Under the pieces are notes generated by a model. It searched no databases. It was not told where the DNA came from and saw only the letters and a program-made list of their open reading frames with translations. The position numbers were made by a program, and so were the translations under genes. From Dehalococcoidia bacterium (lineage in GTDB: Bacteria; Chloroflexota; Dehalococcoidia; Lucifugimonadales; JADFKI01), in NCBI GenBank assembly GCA_965203955.1, contig OZ241923.1, forward strand, positions 1,357,395 through 1,421,394: a stretch of DNA of 64,000 nt, in the 5' to 3' direction. Position 1 is the stretch's first letter. The number at the start of each line of letters is the position of its first letter. Positions 51,837-61,511 of the stretch are shown piece by piece.

Positions 51837-51875
51837 AACTCACATCGATGGACAGGATGGGAAGGATAAAGGATG
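51837..51875 (+). repeat. repeat family C copy
   Basis: AACTCACATCGATGGACAGGATGGGAAGGATAAAGGATG. Confidence 0.8.
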
Positions 51876-51901
51876 CTTAAGGGTGTTGATATTTTATTCC
51901 G

Positions 51902-51996
51902 GTCATTTCGAGCGAAGCGAGAAATCTAAAAGCGGAGATTGCCGCATGTTCAACGATTTTAGATTCTTCACTCCGCTGCGCTGCGTTCAGAATGAC
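51902..51996 (+). repeat. family D element copy
   Basis: GTCATTTCGAGCGAAGCGAGAAATCTAAAAGC...GATTTTAGATTCTTCACTCCGCTGCGCTGCGTTCAGAATGAC. Confidence 0.85.
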
Positions 51997-52023
51997 AAGG
52001 TGAGTGGGCAGCTTCGTTTAGAA

Positions 52024-52060
52024 CAACCGACTGACAACTCACAACTGATAACCGACAGAC
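52024..52060 (+). repeat. TGA-rich spacer in plus orientation
   Basis: CAACCGACTGACAACTCACAACTGATAACCGACAGAC. Confidence 0.65.
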
Positions 52061-52061
52061 T

Positions 52062-52898
52062 TTAATATGGCATGCGGGCGTCGGGGTGCTCGCGGATGTA
52101 GTGTACCTGCCGCACGCTGAAGTCCTCCTGGAGCTGGATGGTTAGGCCGCCGTCCACGACAAGGGCGTGTCCGGTGATGAAGGATGCCTCGTCGGAGCTG
52201 AGGAATGCGACGGCGTTGGCGATGTCCAGCGGCACTCCGGTGCGTCGTACCGGGTACTGGTCCTCGAAGTAGCGCAGGCCGCCGGGGTTCTCGTCCCAGC
52301 GCTCCTGCTGCCGCTCGGTAACGATGTGGCCCGGGCAGATGGCGTTGACGCGGATGCCGTCGGGGCCGAAGTCTATCGCCATCTGCTTGGTTACGCCGAT
52401 GACGGCGGACTTGCCGGCTTCGTAGATGAGCTTGCGCGGCGCCATGAGCAAGCCATGCACTGAGGATATGTTGACGATGCTGCCGCCTCCGCTTTCGCGC
52501 ATGTGGGGGACGGCATGCTTTGCGGCGAGGAAGTGCGCCTTGACGAGGGTTGCCATGCCCGCGTCCCATGCGTCTTCGGTCACGGTGAGGGCGTCGCCGT
52601 CGCCCTCGTCGGTGGGGCTGAAAGCGTTGTTGACGAGGATGTCGAGCCTGCCCCAATGGTCGATGGCGATCTGCACCATCGCGGCGATTTCCTCGTGCCT
52701 GCCGACGTTGGTGGAGATTGTCTCTGCTGTGCCGCCGGCGGCGCGTATGGCTTCGGCGTTCGCCTCGGCTTCCGCCATGTTGATGTCGGCGATGAGCACG
52801 CTTGCGCCCTGCTCGGCCAGGAGGCGAGATGTCGCGCCGCCGATGCCTGCCGCGCCGCCGGTTACTATTGCCACTTTGCCTGCGAATTTGCTCATCAT
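52062..52898 (-). CDS. SDR family oxidoreductase
   Basis: VTGGAAGIG, NNAF, YEAGK. Confidence 0.8.
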   Translation of the reverse strand: MMSKFAGKVAIVTGGAAGIGGATSRLLAEQGASVLIADINMAEAEANAEAIRAAGGTAETISTNVGRHEEIAAMVQIAIDHWGRLDILVNNAFSPTDEGDGDALTVTEDAWDAGMATLVKAHFLAAKHAVPHMRESGGGSIVNISSVHGLLMAPRKLIYEAGKSAVIGVTKQMAIDFGPDGIRVNAICPGHIVTERQQERWDENPGGLRYFEDQYPVRRTGVPLDIANAVAFLSSDEASFITGHALVVDGGLTIQLQEDFSVRQVHYIREHPDARMPY

Positions 52899-52949
52899 GG
52901 ACCTCCGTGTGGGGCTAAACGAAATGGATATGAGCAGGCGCAGCGACTT

Positions 52950-53657
52950 TTATTCGCCATGCAAACGGTGAAGTTCCGCTTCAAGCTCCGCCACGCGAGA
53001 CTCAGCTAATTCAGCGCGATTCTCGGCTGCAACACGCCCTGACTGCTGTTCTTCATAAGTGAGCAACCACCGTCCCGCGGTGGCATCCCAGAATCGCAGC
53101 TCCCCTTCTTCCCACCACAAGTCCAAGCCCAGCGCATCACTATGCGCCCACACCCGACCGTCAGGCTCATTCTGCATCTCCAGACGCTCATATTCCCCAT
53201 CCGCCAACCGCTCACCCACCAACGGCTCACCGTAGAAATCACCACCCGTCGCATCAAACCGCCAGTACTCGCCCACACCAAGTTCGGCGTACAAATCCCT
53301 CTTGCTTCCAAAGTCTCTTCTCGCGGTGCTTGGCGAACCTATCTCAAGTATGAAGTCCGGTGGCTTGCCCACCTCCCACAGCAGGTATGTGTTGTTGCCT
53401 TCCAGCGACAGAGACTTTTGCGCCTCTTCCGACAGATCGAAGACCACATAGCAGTCAGGCGACACCGAGCGGCGATTGTCGCCCTCGACATAGTAGATGA
53501 AGGTATCGCCGTTCGCCCAAGCGCCGGGCACATCTTTGAAGTATGCGAGTATGATGCTGAGTATTCTGACATAGATGGGCGCTTGGTACTCACCGTCGGG
53601 CAATGGCATTCCGTCCGATTCAGGATAAAATATGGTGGTAGCGGTTCCAGTCGCCAT
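52950..53657 (-). CDS. Uma2 family endonuclease with C-terminal coiled coil
   Basis: SPDCYVVF..., PDFILEIGSPST...KRDLYAELGVGEYWRFD. Confidence 0.7.
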   Translation of the reverse strand: MATGTATTIFYPESDGMPLPDGEYQAPIYVRILSIILAYFKDVPGAWANGDTFIYYVEGDNRRSVSPDCYVVFDLSEEAQKSLSLEGNNTYLLWEVGKPPDFILEIGSPSTARRDFGSKRDLYAELGVGEYWRFDATGGDFYGEPLVGERLADGEYERLEMQNEPDGRVWAHSDALGLDLWWEEGELRFWDATAGRWLLTYEEQQSGRVAAENRAELAESRVAELEAELHRLHGE

Positions 53658-53973
53658 GAAACCCTCCTTATTTGTTTTGTGATTCTATCACAGACGAACA
53701 AGCGCAACGCCGACCCGCCTGTGAACGGCTGAGTCGGCGTTGATAAGGTTGACCTAACCTACACTATTGGTGTTCCAGTTCATTTCGGCCAGTCCTCTGC
53801 CATGCTTATGGAGTTGAGGACGAATAGCTCATCTGCCTTGCAAGAGGGATCCGGACGGCAATTGTAACTCGGCATATGACTCGTCTGCCAATAGGTTTCA
53901 ACACTTATCCCATCAATAACCGTCAATCTCGCGCGCCAGTCTAAATTGACATTGGAACGGGGGCGTTGCTACC

Positions 53974-55278
53974 ATGAGGGCTGGCGCGCGTTTGCGCGTT
54001 AGTACGAGACGGAGAGCACCAGCCTTGTCTAATGTAAAGAGCCTTCAATGCCGTGAATGCGGCAGCGAGTACCCCGTCGAGCCGCAGTATGTCTGCGACT
54101 TCTGCTTTGGGCCGCTTGAGGTGAGCTATGACTACGATGCAGTAGCAAGGGTCATCAGCCGCGAGCGCATCAAAAAGGGTCCGCTGACGATGTGGCGCTA
54201 CCACGACCTGCTGCCGGTTGACGCGGAGATGGCTCTGGATATGAACACGGGGTTTACGCCCCTGATTCGCGCGAAGAACCTAGGCAGGCTGCTGGGCCTG
54301 AACAACCTGTACATCAAGAACGACAGCGTGAACCCGACATTCTCGTTCAAGGACAGGGTGGTGTCGGTGGCATCGGCGAAGGCGCTGGAGTTCGAGTTCG
54401 ATACGCTGGCGTGCGCCTCAACGGGCAATCTCGCGGGGTCGGTGTCGGCGCACGGCGCGAAGGCGGGGATGAAAACGATGGTGTTCTTCCCGTCGGACCT
54501 GGAGCGCGGCAAGATACTGGGCGCGGGCATTTACGGCGCGACGCTTGTTGCCGTCGATGGCACATACGACCAGGTGAACAGGCTGTGCAGCGAGCTTGCG
54601 GACAACCACCGCTGGGCGTTCGTGAATATCAACATGCGCCCGTTCTACTCGGAGGGGAGCAAGACACTGGCTTACGAGGTGGCGGAGCAGCTTGGCTGGC
54701 GCGCGCCGGACGCGTGCGTGGTGCCGGGGGCTTCGGGTTCGCTGTTCACGAAGATATACAAGGGGCTGAACGAGCTTGCGGACTTAGGGCTGATAGATTC
54801 GGCGGCGCACACGAAGATGCACATCGCGCAGGCCGAGGGGTGCTCGCCAATCGTGACGGCATACGACGAGGATACGCCGCATGTGCGCCCTGTTACGCCG
54901 GATACTATCGCGAAGTCTCTCGCCATCGGCAATCCGGCGGACGGCTTCTACTCCATCAAGACTATCGAGAGAAGCGGCGGCAGCGCGGTTGCGGCGCCGG
55001 AGGACGAGGTGGTGGAGGGGATTCAACTGCTCGCAGAGACGGAAGGCATCTTCACGGAGACGGCGGGCGGCGTGGTGATTTCAGGGCTGCGGAAGCTGGC
55101 GAAGAGCGGCAAGATACGGCCGGACGACCTGACGGTGGCGTACATCACGGGCAACGGTCTGAAGACGCAAGAGGTGGTTGAACCCGTGATAGACCCGGTG
55201 TTCACCACGCCCGCATACGACGACTTCATGACCAACATGGCAGCGCGGGAAGAAAGAAATGGTGGGAGCAATGGCTAA
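53974..55278 (+). CDS. thrC: threonine synthase family PLP enzyme with N-terminal zinc ribbon
   Basis: CRECGSEY...CDFCFGPLE and NPTFSFKDR (PLP Lys), ASTGN. The start may instead be the TTG at 54025. Confidence 0.75.
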   Translation: MRAGARLRVSTRRRAPALSNVKSLQCRECGSEYPVEPQYVCDFCFGPLEVSYDYDAVARVISRERIKKGPLTMWRYHDLLPVDAEMALDMNTGFTPLIRAKNLGRLLGLNNLYIKNDSVNPTFSFKDRVVSVASAKALEFEFDTLACASTGNLAGSVSAHGAKAGMKTMVFFPSDLERGKILGAGIYGATLVAVDGTYDQVNRLCSELADNHRWAFVNINMRPFYSEGSKTLAYEVAEQLGWRAPDACVVPGASGSLFTKIYKGLNELADLGLIDSAAHTKMHIAQAEGCSPIVTAYDEDTPHVRPVTPDTIAKSLAIGNPADGFYSIKTIERSGGSAVAAPEDEVVEGIQLLAETEGIFTETAGGVVISGLRKLAKSGKIRPDDLTVAYITGNGLKTQEVVEPVIDPVFTTPAYDDFMTNMAAREERNGGSNG

Positions 55279-55513
55279 GAGACGCGTCAGGTTCACCTTC
55301 CCGGAACAGCTGATAACCGAGCCCCTGATATACAACCTGGGGCGCAACTTCGAGATCATCACGAACATCCGGCGAGCGAACGTGCAGGAGCGCGTAGGCT
55401 GGGTTGTGCTGGAACTCGAGGGCGATGACGGGGAGATAGAGCGCGGGCTGGAGTGGATGACGGAGGCGGGCGTGCGGGTGGACCCGATCATCGGCGATCT
55501 GATCGAGGGGTAG
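55271..55513 (+). CDS. NIL domain protein
   Basis: RVRFTFPEQLITEPLIYNLGRNFEIITNIRRANV...GWVVLELEGDD. The ATG overlaps the thrC stop by 8 nt. Confidence 0.6.
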   Translation: MAKRRVRFTFPEQLITEPLIYNLGRNFEIITNIRRANVQERVGWVVLELEGDDGEIERGLEWMTEAGVRVDPIIGDLIEG

Positions 55514-55616
55514 GGCCTAACATCGATAGACTGCTTTCCTGTCCCTTTTCAACTTCTCTGCAAGGGGACACGCAACCGAATTGAATCGAAACAACCCAAT
55601 TGGAGGAATACCCGAC

Positions 55617-55895
55617 ATGAGCATATCGGTGAGGATCCCGACACCGCTTCGACGCGTGACTGACGGCGCGGACAAGGTGGATGCGGACGGCTCGACGCTG
55701 GAAGAGATTATCGGATCGCTGGAGAGCCAGTATCCGGGCATCAAGGCGCGGCTGTGCGACGAAGAGGGCGAGCTTCGCAACTTCGTGAACGTCTATATCA
55801 ATGGCGAGGACGTGCGCTTCCTCGACGGACTGGGCACCGCGACGAAGAGCGGGGACGAGGTCAGCATCGTGCCAGCAGTTGCGGGCGGCTGCTAA
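55617..55895 (+). CDS. MoaD/ThiS-family sulfur-carrier protein, CysO-like, C-terminus ...AVAGG-C
   Basis: MSISVRIPTPLRRVT...FVNVYINGEDVRF...GDEVSIVPAVAGGC. GGAGG lies 10 nt upstream. Confidence 0.7.
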   Translation: MSISVRIPTPLRRVTDGADKVDADGSTLEEIIGSLESQYPGIKARLCDEEGELRNFVNVYINGEDVRFLDGLGTATKSGDEVSIVPAVAGGC

Positions 55896-55930
55896 CCAGC
55901 ATCGCGGACTTTCCATAATCCGCTCACTGC

Positions 55931-55971
55931 ACTCCCATTCTTAACCTTCCTCCTTATCGACGGGGGAAGGG
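55931..55971 (+). repeat. repeat family B copy (degenerate)
   Basis: ACTCCCATTCTTAACCTTCCTCCTTATCGACGGGGGAAGGG. Confidence 0.6.
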
Positions 55972-56020
55972 TCTTGTTTGCCACAGACACCTTATGATGC
56001 CTCATGCGCCGAGAGTTGCA

Positions 56021-57181
56021 TCAGGCGCGATTGAATGAGGCGAGCCACTTCTGCTTCTGGTCGCGGCGCGTCTGCTCGTCGGGCGGCGTGAAGCGGCTGT
56101 GGAACTCGCGGCGGTAGTCGGCGAACTCGCCTGCGGCTATGGCAGCGCGCATCTCTTCCATCAGGCGCAGGATGAAGCGCAGGTTGTGTATCGTCGCCAG
56201 CCGGTATGCCAGCAGTTCCTTCGCGCGAAAGAGGTGATGCACATAGGCTGCCGTGTAGGTGCGGCAGGTGTAGCAGTCGCAGCCTTCCTCTATGGGCGCG
56301 TACTTTCGCTTGTAGCGTCCCGCGGTGATGTTCAGCCTGCCCTCGCGCACGAATAGCGCGCCGTTGCGTGCGACGCGCGTGGGCAGCACGCAGTCGAACA
56401 TGTCGATACCGCGCGCCACGCACTCGACGAGGTCCTCGGGCGAGCCTACGCCCATGAGGTAGCGGGGCGCGTCAACGGGCAGCATCGGCGTCGTTATCTC
56501 CACGGTGTCGTACATCGCCTGCTTGGACTCGCCGACGCTCAGACCGCCTATGGAGTAGCCGGGAAAGCCGACGCCGGTTATGAATTCGGCGGACTTGCGG
56601 CGCAGATCCGGGAACAGACCGCCCTGCACGATGCCGAAGAGCCGCTGGTCGGCGCGGGTGTGCGCTTCCACGCAGCGCAGGAGCCAGCGGTTCGTCTTGT
56701 CCACTGCGGCGTCCACAGTCTCATAGTCGCTGTCGGCAGGGGCGCAGATGTCGAGGGGCATGATGATGTCCGCGCCGATTCCCTGCTGGTGCCGGACCGC
56801 CGCCTCGGGGCTGAAGGTGTGCTCGCTGCCATCTATGTGGGACTTGAAGATGATGGCGTCCTCGGTGATCTTTCGGAGGTGTTCCAAGCTGAATCCCTGA
56901 AAGCCACCGCTGTCGGTGAGAGTCGCGCCGTGCCACTGCATGAAGCCGTGCAGCCCGCCGTGGTCTTGCACAATGTCCACTCCGGGTCGCAGGTAGAGGT
57001 GGTAGGTGTTGGCAAGGACGATGTCCGCGCCGATGTCGCGCAGGTCGGCGGAGTCGAGTGCCTTGACCGAGCCCTGCGTTGCGACGGGCATGAAGGTGGG
57101 TGTGGGAACGTCACCGTGCGGAGTGCGCAGGGCGCCGATGCGGGCGTTGCCATCGGTGGCGGTGAGGGTGAAGAAGGGCAT
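56021..57181 (-). CDS. tgt: tRNA-guanine transglycosylase (queuine tRNA-ribosyltransferase)
   Basis: TPTFMPV, LTDSGGFQ, GLSVGE, and zinc site CDCYTC...H. Confidence 0.9.
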   Translation of the reverse strand: MPFFTLTATDGNARIGALRTPHGDVPTPTFMPVATQGSVKALDSADLRDIGADIVLANTYHLYLRPGVDIVQDHGGLHGFMQWHGATLTDSGGFQGFSLEHLRKITEDAIIFKSHIDGSEHTFSPEAAVRHQQGIGADIIMPLDICAPADSDYETVDAAVDKTNRWLLRCVEAHTRADQRLFGIVQGGLFPDLRRKSAEFITGVGFPGYSIGGLSVGESKQAMYDTVEITTPMLPVDAPRYLMGVGSPEDLVECVARGIDMFDCVLPTRVARNGALFVREGRLNITAGRYKRKYAPIEEGCDCYTCRTYTAAYVHHLFRAKELLAYRLATIHNLRFILRLMEEMRAAIAAGEFADYRREFHSRFTPPDEQTRRDQKQKWLASFNRA

Positions 57182-57204
57182 GCCGGTATTTTACAGGTAT
57201 GTTT

Positions 57205-57495
57205 CTAGCGGCGCATCTCCTGTTCCACCCGCTCTGCCAAATAGATTTTCATGAGAGATTCGTAGGGAATATCCCGCTTATTCGCCAATACTTTCAAGTC
57301 ATCAATCACCGACTGCGGCAAAGTGATGGATACAGTCTTGTCAGGAAGGCTTGACGTGGACGGCTTCAGATTCGGCATCTCCACCCGTTCAGCCTCGGTC
57401 CAGTCAACGTAGTCTGCGGAGTCATGCGTAGCCCAGAACTTGCGCTCTTCATCCTCGGAGTCAAACTTAGGTATCGGTTTCTTAAGCGTCGTCAT
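57205..57495 (-). CDS. brnA: BrnA antitoxin (CopG-like)
   Basis: FDSEDEERKFWATHDSADYVDW...ITLPQSVIDDLKVLANKRDIPYESLMKIYL. Confidence 0.75.
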   Translation of the reverse strand: MTTLKKPIPKFDSEDEERKFWATHDSADYVDWTEAERVEMPNLKPSTSSLPDKTVSITLPQSVIDDLKVLANKRDIPYESLMKIYLAERVEQEMRR

Positions 57496-57775
57496 AATTC
57501 CTACGCTCCCGCCTGCTCATGTCTCTGGCAGAAATAACGCGAATGAGGTCTTGTCTAAGGGTAAAGACTACGAATAGCCTACGGGCTTCATTCGTCCGAC
57601 CATAAGCATAATACCTCAGTTCGCCCCAAATCTGCTCATGCGGTTCTGCGATGACAAGTGGACTATTCAAGAAGACCTGCTCAGACTCTGCGTTAGTCAC
57701 GCCATGTCTTAACCAGTTCTTCTCATTATTGCCATCATCCCACTGGAATCCCCTGATTTCATCAAAATCAATCAT
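57482..57775 (-). CDS. brnT: BrnT toxin (DUF497)
   Basis: FQWDDGNNEKNWLRHGVTNAESEQVF...IRVISARDMSRRERRNY. Confidence 0.75.
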   Translation of the reverse strand: MIDFDEIRGFQWDDGNNEKNWLRHGVTNAESEQVFLNSPLVIAEPHEQIWGELRYYAYGRTNEARRLFVVFTLRQDLIRVISARDMSRRERRNYDDA

Positions 57776-57845
57776 TTACATTCCGAATGTATCGCATGTC
57801 ATCATAACACCGAATCCTTATGAACTGGAAAGGCAACGGAGACCT

Positions 57846-58772
57846 TCAGCCTCGGATGCCCTGTATGACGAGCTGGACGCCCATGGCGAGTATGACAACC
57901 ATGAGAAGGCGCATTATCCACGGACCGCGCACCTTGCCGGAGAGACGCGCGCCAATCTGCCCGCCGGTTACGAGGCCTATGCCCGCGAATATGAATGTGG
58001 GGAACCACTCGATGTTGCCCAAGAAAGCGTGAGTCGTCGCACCGGCGGTTGTGTAGAAGGACAGCGCGAAGATGGATGTGGCGACCGCGACCTGCACCGG
58101 GAAGCCGAAGGCATAGACGAGTATAGGAGTGCGTAGGAAGCCCCCGCCTATGCCGAAGAAGCTGGATATGAAGCCGAGCACGAAGTTGATGAGTACGGCC
58201 CACCTTTCGCTCAGACGATAGCGGTATGTCTCGCCGGACTCCGCTGTTATGCGGCGGCGGTGCAGGGTCTGGGGATCGATGAAGCTCCGCCTCCGGCTTC
58301 TAGCGCGCGCAAGGCGCGAGTGACGCCCGGTGTCGAACTGCTGGGTGGCTAATCGCGCCGCGAGGATGATCAGTATGAAGCCGAAAGCGGTATCGTAGAT
58401 GCCCGGCAGTCCGGCGAGCGCCTGCTTGAGGATGAAGGGCGCGATGACCGAACCGGGAATGGCGGCAGCGGCGAAGAGATATGCACTCCGCTTGTCCACG
58501 ACACGCATGTAACGATAGGCAAACGCGCCGGATATGCTGTTGGCGGCGACAAGGGCGAGGACGGTGCCGGAGACAACGGTAGGCTCTATGCCAGGGAAGA
58601 ATATACGCAGGATGGGTACGAGGATGAAACCGCCGCCCGCACCGACCAGAACTCCGAAGACGCCGGTTATGAACCCGACTACGGCAAGTGTCAGCCACTC
58701 GATTGCCTGCTGCCAACCGAAAGCAGGCAACCACTCGATTCCGGAGCCGGTGAGCCAGTCCAGCCCCGGCAT
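57846..58772 (-). CDS. TauE/SafE family (DUF81) anion exporter membrane protein
   Basis: 308 aa with two 4-TM halves containing GGGF/GIGGGF motifs, separated by a basic loop. Confidence 0.7.
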   Translation of the reverse strand: MPGLDWLTGSGIEWLPAFGWQQAIEWLTLAVVGFITGVFGVLVGAGGGFILVPILRIFFPGIEPTVVSGTVLALVAANSISGAFAYRYMRVVDKRSAYLFAAAAIPGSVIAPFILKQALAGLPGIYDTAFGFILIILAARLATQQFDTGRHSRLARARSRRRSFIDPQTLHRRRITAESGETYRYRLSERWAVLINFVLGFISSFFGIGGGFLRTPILVYAFGFPVQVAVATSIFALSFYTTAGATTHAFLGNIEWFPTFIFAGIGLVTGGQIGARLSGKVRGPWIMRLLMVVILAMGVQLVIQGIRG

Positions 58773-59885
58773 TTAGTCCACCGCCAGGGCCTCTAGGGTT
58801 TGCTGCACCAGCGCCGGAGGCACATCGTTGCGAGTGGTGGCGTTGCCGATGCCGTCGAGGAGCACCCAGCGTATGGCGCGGCCTGCGACCTTTTTGTCGG
58901 ACATCATGGCGTTACTTACGACTTCGATGTCGATCTCGCCACAGGTGAGGGGCAAGCCGTAGCTTTCGAGCAGCACGCGCTGCCGCTCGACTTCCTCGGC
59001 GGACATCATGCCCATCGCCTCGCCGATGCGAGCCGCGCCCATCATGCCTACGCTGACCGCCTCGCCGTGCAGGAAGCTGCCGTAGCCGGTGGCGGCTTCG
59101 ATGGCGTGGCCGATGGTGTGACCGTAGTTCAACAGGATACGAATGCCCAGCGTTTCGCGCTCGTCCTGCGAGACGATGTTCGCCTTGATAGCCACGCTGC
59201 GGCGTATGATGCCGGTGGCGATGTCCTGTTCGAGGGCGAGCAGTGACGCCCTGTGGGTCTCGAAGTCATCGAGCAGGTCGCGGTCCAGGATCAGGCCGTG
59301 CTTGATCGCCTCAGCCCAGCCGGAAGTGAGTTCGCGCGGGGGCAGAGTCTGGAGGGCGCTTACGTCGGAAAGGACGAACTTCGGCTGGTAGAACGCGCCG
59401 ACGAGGTTCTTGCCCTGCGGCAGGTCAACGGCGGTCTTGCCACCTATTGCGGCGTCCATCATGCCGAGCAGGCTTGTGGGCACCTGCGCGAATGGCAAGC
59501 CGCGCAGGTAGGTCGCGGCTACGAAGCCGGCGAGATCGCCGACGACACCGCCGCCGACCGCGACTATCAGGTGTCCGCGCTCTGCCTTGCGCTCGGCAAG
59601 CCAGCGATATACGAGCTGCACAGTCTCCAGCGTCTTGTGTGTCTCGCCGGCGGGCATGATGAACATGTGCGCGGCGATGCCGGCGGCTTCGAGGGAGAAC
59701 TGCGCGCGGCGCGCCTGCCGATGGACGCCCTCGTCGGTAATGATGTACGCGGTGGACGTGTCAAGCAAGGAGTTAACGCGCTCGCCTATCTCTTCGATGA
59801 TGTCCCAGCCCACCCATATCGGATGGTCGCCCTGGGATGTCTTGACGATGGCGGCGAGGTCGGAGTAGGAGGTCGGAGTGGTCAT
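58773..59885 (-). CDS. aroB: 3-dehydroquinate synthase
   Basis: VAVGGGVVGDLAGF, DAAIGGKTAV, NYGHTIGHA. Confidence 0.9.
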   Translation of the reverse strand: MTTPTSYSDLAAIVKTSQGDHPIWVGWDIIEEIGERVNSLLDTSTAYIITDEGVHRQARRAQFSLEAAGIAAHMFIMPAGETHKTLETVQLVYRWLAERKAERGHLIVAVGGGVVGDLAGFVAATYLRGLPFAQVPTSLLGMMDAAIGGKTAVDLPQGKNLVGAFYQPKFVLSDVSALQTLPPRELTSGWAEAIKHGLILDRDLLDDFETHRASLLALEQDIATGIIRRSVAIKANIVSQDERETLGIRILLNYGHTIGHAIEAATGYGSFLHGEAVSVGMMGAARIGEAMGMMSAEEVERQRVLLESYGLPLTCGEIDIEVVSNAMMSDKKVAGRAIRWVLLDGIGNATTRNDVPPALVQQTLEALAVD

Positions 59886-59912
59886 GTCGGTGTGCAGTCT
59901 CTCAGAAGGGAA

Positions 59913-59941
59913 TTAACATCGATGTACAGGATGAATAGGAT
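59913..59941 (+). repeat. repeat family C copy
   Basis: TTAACATCGATGTACAGGATGAATAGGAT. Confidence 0.8.
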
Positions 59942-59952
59942 AAAGGGTTTCT

Positions 59953-60561
59953 TCAGGCTTGGTCTTGCAGGTTTTCGGCTCGTTCGCGCATCCAATCGGG
60001 GTAGGCTTTCCAGCATATCGCTTCATCGTCGTCATTGAGTATGTCGAAGGCTCTGACGACTTCGTGGGCTGCCTGCTCAGGGGAAATGATGTCGGTGTGG
60101 ACCGTCCAGTGAGCAAGAGTATAGTTCAGCTGGCGCAGGGACTTCAAGGAACGGATGCGGTCGAGGGGGTCGTCCGCAGCGAGCATGGGGCGCACTATTG
60201 CGTCGTCGCCGACGCTCTGCGCCAGGACACGCTCGTATATCGTCTCGGGCGATGCTTCCAGGCATACGACGGTGCCGTTCCGCATCATGGCGGCGCGGTT
60301 GCCGGCGCTCTCGGCGATGCCGCCGCCGGTGGAGACGACCTGCCGCTCAGACTCGCACGCGGCGAGCAGGGTCTGTGTTTCCAGCGCGCGAAAGTGCGGC
60401 TCTCCGTGCTCCGCGAAGATGGCGTCTATGGTCGTGCCGGCGTCCGCTTCGATGCGCTCGTCGAGGTCAACGAATCGCCAGCCAAGGATGCGAGCGGCCT
60501 CGCGCCCGATGGTCGTCTTGCCGGCGCCGGAGAAGCCTGTGATGAAGATGTTTGGTTTCAA
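59953..60561 (-). CDS. aroK: shikimate kinase (with C-terminal extension)
   Basis: ITGFSGAGKTTIGR...DLD...STGGG. Confidence 0.8.
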   Translation of the reverse strand: MKPNIFITGFSGAGKTTIGREAARILGWRFVDLDERIEADAGTTIDAIFAEHGEPHFRALETQTLLAACESERQVVSTGGGIAESAGNRAAMMRNGTVVCLEASPETIYERVLAQSVGDDAIVRPMLAADDPLDRIRSLKSLRQLNYTLAHWTVHTDIISPEQAAHEVVRAFDILNDDDEAICWKAYPDWMRERAENLQDQA

Positions 60562-60677
60562 TTATCAGCCATTCCGTAGTTCGATTTGCCAGTTGGCTAG
60601 TGTTTCATGGCAGCTTTCATGTTACTCCGATTTAGCGGGCGTGTGAACCACCGCAAGATGTCCATGATTGATTTGCT

Positions 60678-61019
60678 ATGCTAATTTCAGAACACTATAA
60701 TCACGCTCACAATGGAATGAGCATTGCAAGATGGAGATGCGAAGCTATGTTGTCCACAGAATCCAAGCGGCGACTGCAATCAACAGGACTAACGGCAAGG
60801 ACAGTCAATCCAACCATCTGGACCGAAGAGACACTCCGAGAGGATGCGGCAGTAATAGTCAAACTCTTCCGTGAGGGCAAACTTTCGCAGAATGATATGG
60901 AGATAATCCTCTCATTGATGCTGTCCGGATACATCTTGTCGGAGGCTGACGTAATGACATCTGAAATCGAGGATGCTTTTACGCAGATGCTCATCGAGCA
61001 AATTGCCAATAACAGATAG
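60678..61019 (+). CDS. hypothetical protein
   Basis: 113-aa ORF in the AT-richer insert between aroK and aroE. No motif recognised and the start is uncertain. Confidence 0.35.
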   Translation: MLISEHYNHAHNGMSIARWRCEAMLSTESKRRLQSTGLTARTVNPTIWTEETLREDAAVIVKLFREGKLSQNDMEIILSLMLSGYILSEADVMTSEIEDAFTQMLIEQIANNR

Positions 61020-61049
61020 TTCTGCAGCGAAGTAAGGGCGAGAGGCGAC

Positions 61050-61511
61050 ATGGAACGACAAGACAACGATTCACAGGAGGAATACCAGGGACAAGAGCCT
61101 TCTTCCACAGATCCTAACGAAGGCACAGAAGTCGATGCTCTCGCAGAGCTCATAGGAGAAGAAACCTATGAGCATGTCCCGCCCGAATCTAGGAGCAGGA
61201 TAACCAGGTCTATATCCATCTTTACCTCAATCGGCGGCGACAGATTCAGCCCGCTGTTTCGCAGCCTCACACCCGAGCATATCTCAAAGATACTTGAAAA
61301 CTCTGAAAGAAGCGGCGAGCGTGAGCACGATTCACAAGCATCGGCGCGAAGATACCAATTCCTCTACTTCCTGATAGGTCTAATCGCCGCCATCGGACTT
61401 ATCGTTTTCTTCTCGCTGACGGACGACAGGGTAACTCTGACGACCGTCATAGTTGCGATTCTCGGCTTTGTCGGCGGCTTCGGCTTAGGACTAAACAGAG
61501 GACGCCGGTAA
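61050..61511 (+). CDS. hypothetical membrane protein (DUF2335-like layout)
   Basis: 153 aa. Acidic N-terminus, ...EHISKILENSERSGEREHD..., then two C-terminal TM segments. Confidence 0.4.
   Translation: MERQDNDSQEEYQGQEPSSTDPNEGTEVDALAELIGEETYEHVPPESRSRITRSISIFTSIGGDRFSPLFRSLTPEHISKILENSERSGEREHDSQASARRYQFLYFLIGLIAAIGLIVFFSLTDDRVTLTTVIVAILGFVGGFGLGLNRGRR

Noticed and set aside
53740-53973. A possible SAM or other riboswitch in the 230-nt AT-richer leader upstream of thrC.
   Set aside because: I could not match conserved SAM-I/II/IV cores or a convincing terminator/antiterminator pair by eye. It needs an Infernal/Rfam scan before any claim is made.
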